A stretch of 64,000 bases of DNA from an uncultured Rhodospirillaceae bacterium (GTDB lineage Bacteria > Pseudomonadota > Alphaproteobacteria > Reyranellales > Reyranellaceae): positions 1,790 to 65,789 of the forward strand of contig CAMFGZ010000023.1 in the NCBI GenBank assembly GCA_945952105.1, in the 5' to 3' direction. Every line of letters begins with the position of its first letter. The stretch's first letter is position 1. Below are positions 11,901-19,528 of the stretch, piece after piece. The translations under genes were made by a program, and so were the position numbers. The notes below the pieces were generated by a model. That model did not search any database. It had not been told where the DNA came from and saw nothing but the letters and a program-made list of their open reading frames with translations.

Positions 11901-12252
11901 CGTCACCCGGCAGGGCGGCGAACAACACGCCATTGTCGCGCGCCGCATCGCCGATGCGCTCGAAGCCGTAGCGCCAGTAGTCGAGACCGCCGAGGCCGCG
12001 CACGATCACCAGTCGCGCACGCGAGATCACCTGCTCGACATAGAGATCGACCGACATCGGATGGCGCAGCTTCTTGAGACTGGCCAGACGCAGGGTCGGC
12101 AACAGGTCGCGATCCTGCTGCCACGCAGCGGCGAGCGCCGAGAGGTCGCTGTCGGAGAAGGAGAGCACGACGACCTCGCCCGGCGACTGTCCGAGGTCGA
12201 CGGCGGCGTCGGCCTCTTCGAGCGTCGCGAGCTGGGTCGCCAGGACGTGCAT
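8929..12252 (-). CDS. cobN: Cobaltochelatase subunit CobN
   Basis: 1107 aa; MHVLAT start, HLGTHGTLEWLPGK, NNPGEAVQAKRR, IREGLHVFG, LPTGRN, RPRIDVTLRISGLFRD, NPRWIQGM. Confidence 0.97.
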   Translation of the reverse strand: MHVLATQLATLEEADAAVDLGQSPGEVVVLSFSDSDLSALAAAWQQDRDLLPTLRLASLKKLRHPMSVDLYVEQVISRARLVIVRGLGGLDYWRYGFERIGDAARDNGVLFAALPGDDRPDPRLAAVSTLKPDQLARLDGYFRAGGTANLRQALRYAASLLGREVSWTAPEPVGPLTILGAADDGRPTALVVFYRANLIAADIAPMNALMQALDRQGLAPVGVAVSSLKDPAVQAPLEALLRDRKPAIILNTTAFSALRDDDTTVLDGADVPVLQVVLSGSAREAWDGSLRGLAPADLAMNVVLPELDGRLLTRAISFKAEAEPDPALEFGSVHHEPEPDRIDYVARLAASWAKLGATPVAERRLALVLSDYPARGGRTGYAVGLDTPASVVEILSLLYAEGYDTGGRDWQAADVEKLLAGAADHIDIPLETYRAWHSALPAGLQQELADTWGAPPKGFRLPVLRCGKVTVLLQPDRGTLQDRKSGYHDMTCPPRPAYVALYAWLREQERIDAMIHLGTHGTLEWLPGKALALSAGCWPEAVLGPLPVIYPFIVNNPGEAVQAKRRLGAVTIGHLTPPLSAAGLHGAMAEMEGIIEEYAAADGLDSRRLRHLEDEIVERAWSSGLAAECGLVKDEPSRQAVAKLDAHLCDIKELSIREGLHVFGTLPDEARIATLAATTGGEAPIRASAARERSALLAALAGRRVAPGPAGAPTRGRADVLPTGRNLTSIDPRAIPTRTAAVIGARAADEVVRRYLQDHGEPPRALVIDLWASASLRTGGDDLAQALAYLGVKPVWDTASSRVSGIEVMPLATLDRPRIDVTLRISGLFRDIFEAQIALFDMAVRRVADLDEPDEENPLAAARRADADLARVFGSAPGSYGAQAGDVALDGDWKTRADLGAIYLGAVTHAYGGPEPVRAAGEGFRHLVSTADVLVHPQDDRERDVLDGDGVADFAGGFAAAAALLGNEPELYHLDTSDTSQPRARRLAEEVARIVRGRLTNPRWIQGMLCHGHRGVAEIAQSVDALYAFAATAAIVPGPLFDATHAALMADEAVLAAMAERNPAAVAAIAARLRDALDRGLWTTRRNAVERDLTRAIGLAEPARAVD

Positions 12253-12256
12253 GACC

Positions 12257-13285
12257 CTATCCCAGCAGGATCGTCCGGATCGCGGCCTGGTCGAAGCCTT
12301 TCTGGCCGATCACGACCAGACGGCCGCGCCGCGCGCCCTCCGGCCAGCGGCGATCGAACTGGTGCTGGATGCGCGCACCGACGCCCTGCACCAGCAGGCG
12401 CATCGGCTTGCCCTCGATCTCGACGAAGCCCTTCATCCGCAGCACGTCGTGCGTCTCGGCGGCCTTGATCATGCGATCGACCAGCGCCTGTGGCGAGGCA
12501 TAGGCCGGCAGGTCGACGATGAACGTATCGAAATCCTCGTGGTCGTGCTCGCCTTCGAGATCGTGATGCGAGGGCCGCGCCGCGAGGTCGGCTTCGGCAG
12601 CCGCGCCGAGACCCAACAGCACCTTCACCGGCACCTGGCCGTTGCGCGTCTCGACCAGCGCGACGGCGCGCGGCAGGGTCTTGCCGATCTCGCCGACGAC
12701 CGACTTGCGATCGGCGTCGGTCATCAGGTCGGCCTTGTTCAGGATGATGAGGTCGGCGCAGAGGAGCTGGTCCTCGAACACTTCCTCCAGGGGATTGTCG
12801 TGGTCGAGCGAGGCATCCTCGGCCCGCTGGCGCGCCACCGCCTCGGGATCGTCGGCGAACCGGCCGGCCGCCACCGCCGCGCCATCGACCACAGCCACGA
12901 CGCCGTCGACCGTGACGCGCGAGGCGATCTCGGGCCAGTTGAAGGCCTTCACCAGCGGCTTGGGCAGCGCGAGGCCCGACGTCTCGATCACGATATGCTC
13001 GGGCGGATTGGGGCGATCGAGCAGGCCCTTGAGCGCCGGCACGAAGTCGTCTGCCACGGTGCAGCATAGGCAGCCATTGGCCAGCTCGACGATCGCATCC
13101 TCCGGGCAGCTCTCGACGCCGCAGCCTTTCAGGATCTCGCCGTCGATGCCGACATCGCCGAATTCGTTGACGATCACCGCGAGGCGGCGGTCGGCATTCT
13201 CCAGCACATGGCGGACGAGCGTCGTCTTCCCCGCGCCGAGGAAGCCGGTGACGATGGTGCAGGGCACCTTGGCGAGCGAGTTCAT
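12257..13285 (-). CDS. cobW: Cobalamin biosynthesis metallochaperone GTPase (COG0523)
   Basis: ATG 13285: KVPCTIVTGFLGAGKTT, NEFG, ELANGCLCC, IETSGLALPKP, His-rich SHHDLEGEHDHED, LRMKG. Confidence 0.96.
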   Translation of the reverse strand: MNSLAKVPCTIVTGFLGAGKTTLVRHVLENADRRLAVIVNEFGDVGIDGEILKGCGVESCPEDAIVELANGCLCCTVADDFVPALKGLLDRPNPPEHIVIETSGLALPKPLVKAFNWPEIASRVTVDGVVAVVDGAAVAAGRFADDPEAVARQRAEDASLDHDNPLEEVFEDQLLCADLIILNKADLMTDADRKSVVGEIGKTLPRAVALVETRNGQVPVKVLLGLGAAAEADLAARPSHHDLEGEHDHEDFDTFIVDLPAYASPQALVDRMIKAAETHDVLRMKGFVEIEGKPMRLLVQGVGARIQHQFDRRWPEGARRGRLVVIGQKGFDQAAIRTILLG

Positions 13286-13665
13286 GACGACTCCCGTGGG
13301 TTCATCGGCGGAACGCGCGCGATGGTGTTCTTGCGGATGTGTTCGGGCCGCGCGCGCCAGACCGTCACACCCGTGTCGTGGGCGCTGTGCTGGTGCGCGA
13401 AGGCGAGGACGTCGGCCGCGTGCTGCTCGGCATCGAGGTTGCCGATCACGTAAGTCCATTTGCCCGGTGCGCCGACGGCGATCGTGCAGCCTCGCGAGCA
13501 GTTGGAGAGGCATTCGACGCCGACGATCCGGGAGTCCGGATAGTCGGGCCCCGCCGCACGCTGCACCGCCGACAGCAGCCGTGCCCCGGCGCGTACCGGA
13601 TCGACGCTCGCGCCATCGCTGGCGCTGCGGCAGGTCGTGCAGACATAGAGCGTCGACGCGGTCAT
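13282..13665 (-). CDS. DUF1636 family predicted metal-binding protein
   Basis: LYVCTTCR, VECLSNCSRGCTIA, GKWTYVIG, IARVPP; ATGA coupling to cobW. Confidence 0.85.
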   Translation of the reverse strand: MTASTLYVCTTCRSASDGASVDPVRAGARLLSAVQRAAGPDYPDSRIVGVECLSNCSRGCTIAVGAPGKWTYVIGNLDAEQHAADVLAFAHQHSAHDTGVTVWRARPEHIRKNTIARVPPMNPRESS

Positions 13666-13681
13666 GTGATTGACCTCGAAC

Positions 13682-14302
13682 CTAGAGGGTTGCGGCCGTC
13701 GCGGCGGCCGCGCCGATCACGGCCACGATCGCTCCCAGGACGGAGACACCGAGGGTCCGGGACGGCTGGCGGACGAGCGCGAGTGTTCCAAGACAGACAG
13801 CGACCGCGATTGCCGATTGAACCACGAACAGGCCCGCGAGATAGGCGGCAACGGGCGTGGGCTCGGCGCCGACGATCGACTCGCCCAGCGCATGTCCGTG
13901 AACCAGCCCGGCCAGCGCGAAAAGCGCGGCGGCCATTGCCGGCGAGAGCTTCGACCGCAGGATCACGAGGCCGCCGACGACGAGCGTGGTCAGGCCGACG
14001 AGCAGTTCCCCGGCCGGCATGTCGATGCCACGAAGATGAAGCGCGACACCCGCGATCACGGCGGCGCTGAAAGCGAAGACCGGCGCGATGCCGCGCCCGG
14101 CGAGGCCGGCCAGGATGCCGACGCCGACGACCGCAGCGAGATGGTCGAGCCCGATGATGGGATGGCCGAGGCCCGACAGCAGGCCGTTCATGAAGGTCCG
14201 CGGAGTGTCGCCGCCCATCTGATGATGGGCAAGGGCCGGGGCCGTCGCCGCGATCGAGACAAGCAACGCAATGGAACCCGAGCGCGTGATCGCCGCCATC
14301 AT
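13682..14302 (-). CDS. HupE/UreJ family metal transporter (probable cobalt uptake)
   Basis: Signal peptide then AHH, GLGHPIIGLDHL motif, LVHGHALG, multiple TM helices; first gene downstream of the B12 riboswitch. Confidence 0.9.
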   Translation of the reverse strand: MMAAITRSGSIALLVSIAATAPALAHHQMGGDTPRTFMNGLLSGLGHPIIGLDHLAAVVGVGILAGLAGRGIAPVFAFSAAVIAGVALHLRGIDMPAGELLVGLTTLVVGGLVILRSKLSPAMAAALFALAGLVHGHALGESIVGAEPTPVAAYLAGLFVVQSAIAVAVCLGTLALVRQPSRTLGVSVLGAIVAVIGAAAATAATL

Positions 14303-14439
14303 GACCTTCTCCGTCGTCTGAGGGCGCGAGCCCCCGGTCTGTGCCGTCTCCGACGGAGCCCGCGCTTCCGGCAGTGCCGGAAGACGGGTGGACCTCGTTC
14401 CTCGTGCTTCCCCGCGCGAGGACTCGGATGCGGCAGTAT

Positions 14440-14606
14440 GACGGCAGGTTTCCTGGCTCTCGGTTCTTCGTCTCCGGCCACCTTCCCGGTTTCCCAGTGG
14501 TATCGAGGCCGTCGGCTCGCCGATCACAGTTGCGGGGGCAGCCGCGGATTGGGGCGCGAGGCCCGGCACCGTGTTCCCTTTTGATCCCCTCGCGGGGCAC
14601 CGTCTC
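14440..14606 (-). promoter_or_regulatory. Cobalamin riboswitch
   Basis: Minus strand carries the conserved blocks GGTGCCCC (14601-14594), AAAAGGGAACACGGTG (14582-14567), CTGCCCCCGCAACTGT (14541-14526), CCACTGGGAAACCGGGAAGG (14500-14481) and the B12 box GAGCCAGGAAACCTGCCGTC (14459-14440). Confidence 0.96.
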
Positions 14607-14611
14607 CTGCT

Positions 14612-14640
14612 TGATAGGGGGCCGGGCAAAGCCACGTCAA
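14612..14640 (-). promoter_or_regulatory. Putative sigma70 promoter of the riboswitch-hupE/ureJ-cob operon
   Basis: TTGACG-N17-CTATCA on the minus strand, ending a few nt before the riboswitch 5' end. Confidence 0.7.
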
Positions 14641-14672
14641 TCGTATTCGGTCGCCTCGGCGAGGGCGGAAGA

Positions 14673-15302
14673 TCAGCTGATCAGGCCGGCCGCCTGGATC
14701 GCGGCGACGCCGCCGGCAACCATGATAAGGCAACCTGCGACCACCAATGCCGTACGCTGCGCCGGCCATTTGGTCACTCCCAGCACGATCGCGCAGGAGG
14801 CGACGCCCAGAGCCGTCTGGGCAATCAGCAGGCCCGCAACGTAGGCCAGGATCGGCACGGTATCCGCACCGATCAGGACCGCCCCCAGCGAATAGCCATG
14901 GACCAGTCCGGCCACCGCAAAGATGGCCGATGCGACCTTCGGGCTGATGGGCCGGCGGATCAGGATGAGGACTCCGATCAGCATCGTCGTGAGCGCCACG
15001 AAGGCGCCGTCTGCCGGAATGTCGTAGGGGCTCAACTGGATCGCCACGCCGGCTATGGCTGCAGCACCGAAGGCCAGCACGGGCACGATGCCTCGCGCTG
15101 CAATCCCCACCAGAATGCCGATGCCGATCATCGCCGCCAGGTGGTAGACCTCGATCACGGGCAGACCCACGCCCTGGATGAATCCTTCCGCAAAGGTCCG
15201 GGGCGGTTCTTCCTCGATCAGCGTCTGGGCAAAGGCCTGTGCCTGCATTGCCGCGAGCACGATCGGGATCCACATGCCAAGCCTGCGGGGGGATACCGGC
15301 AT
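14673..15302 (-). CDS. Divergent HupE/UreJ family paralogue
   Basis: Colinear with 13682..14302 (PRTF, HLAA..G.GIL, GLVHG..LG) but lacks several His residues. ATG 15302 follows the RBS-like GGGAAGG. Confidence 0.85.
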   Translation of the reverse strand: MPVSPRRLGMWIPIVLAAMQAQAFAQTLIEEEPPRTFAEGFIQGVGLPVIEVYHLAAMIGIGILVGIAARGIVPVLAFGAAAIAGVAIQLSPYDIPADGAFVALTTMLIGVLILIRRPISPKVASAIFAVAGLVHGYSLGAVLIGADTVPILAYVAGLLIAQTALGVASCAIVLGVTKWPAQRTALVVAGCLIMVAGGVAAIQAAGLIS

Positions 15303-15354
15303 CACCTTCCCTGGTTGTATTGGGCTCTCGCGTCTTGGGGCGCGCATGGGTCTC

Positions 15355-15387
15355 AGATAGGGTGCAGCGTCACAATTCGTCAATTGT
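15355..15387 (-). promoter_or_regulatory. Putative sigma70 promoter with overlapping palindromic operator
   Basis: TTGACG(15383-15378)-N17-CTATCT(15360-15355); perfect inverted repeat ACAATT-cgtc-AATTGT at 15372-15387 covers the -35. Confidence 0.6.
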
Positions 15388-15453
15388 ATTCCGCATCGCC
15401 GGTGAAACTATCGTGCATGTTGGCAATTCCATTTGATCAGGGGTTTGAAGCTC

Positions 15454-16065
15454 ATGACGACGGAAACCGGTGAAGACGCCCGGCACAGGAGCAAGATGGC
15501 CAACCGGAAAGCCATCCAGGATGCCGAGGTCGCCGCCAAGACGGTCGAAAAAGGCCTGCTGGTTGTCCACACCGGCAAGGGCAAGGGCAAATCGACCGCG
15601 GCCTTCGGTCTTCTGCTGCGCGCCATCGGCCGGGGACTGCGCTGCGGTGTCGTGCAATTCGGCAAGGGAGCCTGGCAGACCGGCGAGCGCATCGCCGTCG
15701 AGCGCTTCGGCGACCAGGTGCAATGGCACACGCTGGGCGAAGGCTTCACCTGGGAGACGCAGGATCGCGCCCGCGACGTCGCCGCCGCCGAGCGCGCCTG
15801 GGCCAAGGCGCGAGAGTTGATGGACGATCCCTCCATCCGCTTCATCGTGCTCGACGAACTCAACATCTCGCTGCGTTACGAGCATCTGGAGATCGGCGCG
15901 GTCGTGGAGGCCCTGCAGGCGCGGCGTCACGACCAGCACATCGTCGTCACCGGCCGCAACGCCAAGCCGGAGCTGATCGACGCGGCCGATCTCGTGACGG
16001 AGATGGCCCTGGTGAAGCATCATTTCGCCGCCGGCGTGAAGGCGCAGGAAGGTATCGAGTTCTGA
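15454..16065 (+). CDS. cobO: Cob(I)yrinic acid a,c-diamide adenosyltransferase
   Basis: [71 protein letters not shown]. Start may be up to 21 nt earlier. Confidence 0.96.
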   Translation: MTTETGEDARHRSKMANRKAIQDAEVAAKTVEKGLLVVHTGKGKGKSTAAFGLLLRAIGRGLRCGVVQFGKGAWQTGERIAVERFGDQVQWHTLGEGFTWETQDRARDVAAAERAWAKARELMDDPSIRFIVLDELNISLRYEHLEIGAVVEALQARRHDQHIVVTGRNAKPELIDAADLVTEMALVKHHFAAGVKAQEGIEF

Positions 16066-17555
16066 TGCCCCTCGATCCGAGGCAAGCACGCGCCCTCATG
16101 ATCCAGGGCACGGGCTCCGACGTCGGCAAGTCGCTGCTGGTCGCGGGCCTCGCCCGCGCCTTCACGCGGCGTGGCCTGCGCGTGCGCCCGTTCAAACCGC
16201 AGAACATGTCGAACAACGCCGCCGTCACGGCAGACGGCGGAGAGATCGGCCGCGCCCAGGCGCTGCAGGCGCGCGCCGCGCGCGTCGCCACCAGCGTGCA
16301 CATGAACCCGGTGCTGCTGAAGCCGCAGACCGACGTCGGCGCGCAGGTCGTGGTGCAGGGCCGCGTCGTCGGCAACGCGAAAGCGCGCGAATATCAGGCG
16401 ATCAAGCCGAAGCTTCTGGGCGCCGTACTCGACAGCTTCAGCCGCCTAGCCGCTGAAGCCGATCTCGTTCTGGTCGAGGGCGCCGGCTCCGCCTCGGAGG
16501 TCAACCTGCGGGCCTCCGACATCGCCAACATGGGTTTTGCGCGCGCCGCCGACGTGCCCGTGGTGCTGGTGGGCGACATCGATCGGGGCGGTGTCATCGC
16601 GAGCCTCGTCGGCACGAAGGCGGTGATCGAGCCCGGCGACGCTGCGATGATTGTGGGCTTCCTCGTCAATCGCTTCCGCGGCGATCCGAGCCTGTTCGCC
16701 GACGGTATGACGCGCATCGCAGACGAGACCGGCTGGGCGTCACTCGGCCTGGTGCCCTACTTCGCCGACGCGCAGAAACTGCCGGCCGAGGATGCGCTCG
16801 GCCTTCCCGGCCGCAGCGCTCCGAACGGCGCGATGAAAGTGGTCGTGCTGGCCTATCCGCGTATCGCCAACTTCGACGACTTCGATCCGCTGCGCCAGGA
16901 GGCGGGAGTCGATGTCGTCTTCGTACGCCCGGGCGAGCCGATCTCGGGGGATGCGGCTCTCGTCATCCTGCCGGGCTCGAAAGCGACCGTCGCCGACCTT
17001 GCATCCTTGCGCGAGACCGGCTGGGACATCGACCTCAAGGCGCATCTGCGCCGCGGCGGTCATGTGCTCGGTATCTGCGGCGGCTACCAGATGCTGGGCC
17101 GGAGGATCGCCGATCCCGACGGGATGGAAGGACCGCCCGCGTGCGTCGACGGGCTGGGGCTGCTCGATGCCGAGACGGTGCTGGGCGGAGACAAGGTGCT
17201 GGTCGAAGTCACCGGCAGGACCGTGGCCGAAAGCGTGCCCTTCAAGGGCTACGAGATGCATATCGGCCGGACGATGACGAAAGAGACGCCGCTGCTCGAT
17301 CTCGGCGGCGGCCGCCGCGAGGGCGCGATCGATGCCAGCGGCCGGGTCGCCGGTTGCTACATCCATGGACTGCTGGCCGACGACCGTCAGCGGCGGCACT
17401 GGCTCGCGCGCATCGGCGCTAAAAGTTCGGAGCTCGACTACGAGGCCGGCATCGACGCCACACTCGATGCGCTGGCCGACCATCTGGAGAAGCACATCGA
17501 CTGCACGCGACTCCTCGAACTCGCGCGTGTGCCGACGATCAAACCAACAGGATGA
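16065..17555 (+). CDS. cobQ: Cobyric acid synthase
   Basis: ATG 16065 (TGATG overlap): [73 protein letters not shown]. Confidence 0.97.
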   Translation: MPLDPRQARALMIQGTGSDVGKSLLVAGLARAFTRRGLRVRPFKPQNMSNNAAVTADGGEIGRAQALQARAARVATSVHMNPVLLKPQTDVGAQVVVQGRVVGNAKAREYQAIKPKLLGAVLDSFSRLAAEADLVLVEGAGSASEVNLRASDIANMGFARAADVPVVLVGDIDRGGVIASLVGTKAVIEPGDAAMIVGFLVNRFRGDPSLFADGMTRIADETGWASLGLVPYFADAQKLPAEDALGLPGRSAPNGAMKVVVLAYPRIANFDDFDPLRQEAGVDVVFVRPGEPISGDAALVILPGSKATVADLASLRETGWDIDLKAHLRRGGHVLGICGGYQMLGRRIADPDGMEGPPACVDGLGLLDAETVLGGDKVLVEVTGRTVAESVPFKGYEMHIGRTMTKETPLLDLGGGRREGAIDASGRVAGCYIHGLLADDRQRRHWLARIGAKSSELDYEAGIDATLDALADHLEKHIDCTRLLELARVPTIKPTG

Positions 17556-18513
17556 GCGCGGCGAGGATCGCAATCGCCGCGGCCTGCACGATGCAGGCGA
17601 TGCGATAGAGGCCCAGCGCCGCGCGGATGTCGGCAGCGGTGAGATCGGCGCGGCCCTCGCCCATCCAGCGATCCTCGACCTTCACACCGCCATAGACGCG
17701 CGGCCCCGCCAGCCTGATGCCGAGCGCGCCCGCCATCGCCGACTCCGGCCAGCCGGCATTGGGCGAGCGATGATGGCGCGCGTCGCGCTTCACCGCAGCG
17801 ATGGCGCTGGCGGGCGACAGGCCGGGCCGCAGCGATGCCGCGAGCACCAGCCAGAGTGCCGCAAGGCGCGAAGCCGGCAGGTTTACGTAATCGTCGAGCC
17901 GCGCCGACGCCCAGCCGAAAGCGAGGTAGCGCTCCGACTTGTGGCCGATCATCGAATCGGCGGTGTTGATCGCCTTGTAGGCCAGCGCGCCCGGCAGGCC
18001 AGCCACGACCATCCAAAAGAGCGGTGCCACCACACCGTCGGAGAAATTCTCCGCGAGGCTCTCGATGGCGGCACGGCTGATCGCCGCTTCGTCGAGCGCA
18101 CTCGTGTCACGTCCGACGATCATCGACACCGCCGTACGGCCGGCGACGACACCCTCTCCCTCGAGCGCCATCGCCACCGCCGCGACGTGATCGTGGAGGC
18201 TGCGCTGTGCCAGCAGCGAACTCGCAAGCACCGCGCACAACACCATGCCAGGCAGGCCGGGCAGCATCGCGTGGCAGAGCTTCGTCACGACGAGGCCCGC
18301 CGCGAGGCTCACGGCGAGCAGGATCAGCAAGGTCGCGACGCCCGCGAGGCGCCGTTGCCCGTACGAACGCTGCGACGAATTCCACGCTCCCTCGCACCAT
18401 GCTATGAGCCGCCCGATCCAGGTGACGGGGTGGCCGATCGCGCGATAGAGGGCGTCGGGATATCCGAAGGCCGCCTCGACGGCGACGGCAACGAGGGCAA
18501 GACCCGCGAACAT
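17539..18513 (-). CDS. cobD: Adenosylcobinamide-phosphate synthase (CobD/CbiB)
   Basis: [66 protein letters not shown]. Confidence 0.95.
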   Translation of the reverse strand: MFAGLALVAVAVEAAFGYPDALYRAIGHPVTWIGRLIAWCEGAWNSSQRSYGQRRLAGVATLLILLAVSLAAGLVVTKLCHAMLPGLPGMVLCAVLASSLLAQRSLHDHVAAVAMALEGEGVVAGRTAVSMIVGRDTSALDEAAISRAAIESLAENFSDGVVAPLFWMVVAGLPGALAYKAINTADSMIGHKSERYLAFGWASARLDDYVNLPASRLAALWLVLAASLRPGLSPASAIAAVKRDARHHRSPNAGWPESAMAGALGIRLAGPRVYGGVKVEDRWMGEGRADLTAADIRAALGLYRIACIVQAAAIAILAALILLV

Positions 18514-19528
18514 GAGCGCTCTGCCTAACATGGGCGACCCGACCGGCAAACCGGTGCTGCACGGTGGCGACCTGTCGGCGGTGCGCCGGCGCTTTCCCGA
18601 AGCGCCGCTCCCCTGGATCGACCTGTCGACCGGGATCAATCCCGTCCCCTATCCGGTGCCCGACCTGCCGGCGGATGCCTGGGCTCGCCTGCCGACGCAG
18701 GAGCAGCATGACGCGCTGATCGCCGCGGCGGCCCATAGCTATGGCGTGCGCGATCCCGCGACGATCGTCGCCGCGCCGGGCACGCAGGCGCTGATCCAGA
18801 CGATCCCGCGCCTCGTGCCGCGCTCGACGGTCGCGATCGTCGGCCCGACCTACGAGGAGCACCAGGTCTGCTGGCGCCGGCAGGGACACGATGTCCGCCT
18901 CGTCGCCAGCCTCGACGACGCGGGCGATGCCGGCGTCGTGGTGCTCGTGAACCCCGACAATCCGACAGGCCGCCTCGTTCCGGTGGAGAAACTGACGCCG
19001 CGTGAGAATCTCCTCGTCGTCGACGAAGCCTTCATCGATCTGTCGTCCCCCGAGGCGAGCCTCGCGGGCAGGCTGCCGCCGCGCACCGTCGTGCTGCGTT
19101 CGTTCGGCAAGACCTACGGTCTCGCGGGCCTGCGGCTTGGTTTTGCCCTCGCAAATCCCGACTTCGCAGCATCCCTGCGCGGCGAGCTTGGCCCGTGGGC
19201 CGTATCGGGTCCTGCGCTGGAGATCGGCCGGGCGGCGCTGGCCGACGATGCCTGGCTGCACGCGACATCCAAAAGGTTGACGGCGGACCGCCATCAACTC
19301 GACGCGATCCTGATGGACGCTGGTTTCGCCATCCTGGGCGGGACGTCGCTGTTCTGTCTGGCCGAGCATCCCGAGGCCTCGACAATGATCGACCAGCTCG
19401 GGCGGCATGGACTCCATGTCCGGTGCTTCCCGCACTGGCCGACGCGGCTGCGCTTCGGTCTGCCTGGCGATGTTGCCGCCTTCGACCGGCTTCGTACCGC
19501 CTTGAACTCTCGCTTGAGGAAATCGTGA
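18512..19528 (+). CDS. cobC: Threonine-phosphate decarboxylase (CobC; enteric CobD equivalent)
   Basis: HGGDL, WIDLSTGINP..YP, VNPDNPTG, VVDEAFID, LRSFGKTYGLAGLRLG (PLP Lys). Start uncertain (18512 or 18530). Confidence 0.93.
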   Translation: MSALPNMGDPTGKPVLHGGDLSAVRRRFPEAPLPWIDLSTGINPVPYPVPDLPADAWARLPTQEQHDALIAAAAHSYGVRDPATIVAAPGTQALIQTIPRLVPRSTVAIVGPTYEEHQVCWRRQGHDVRLVASLDDAGDAGVVVLVNPDNPTGRLVPVEKLTPRENLLVVDEAFIDLSSPEASLAGRLPPRTVVLRSFGKTYGLAGLRLGFALANPDFAASLRGELGPWAVSGPALEIGRAALADDAWLHATSKRLTADRHQLDAILMDAGFAILGGTSLFCLAEHPEASTMIDQLGRHGLHVRCFPHWPTRLRFGLPGDVAAFDRLRTALNSRLRKS

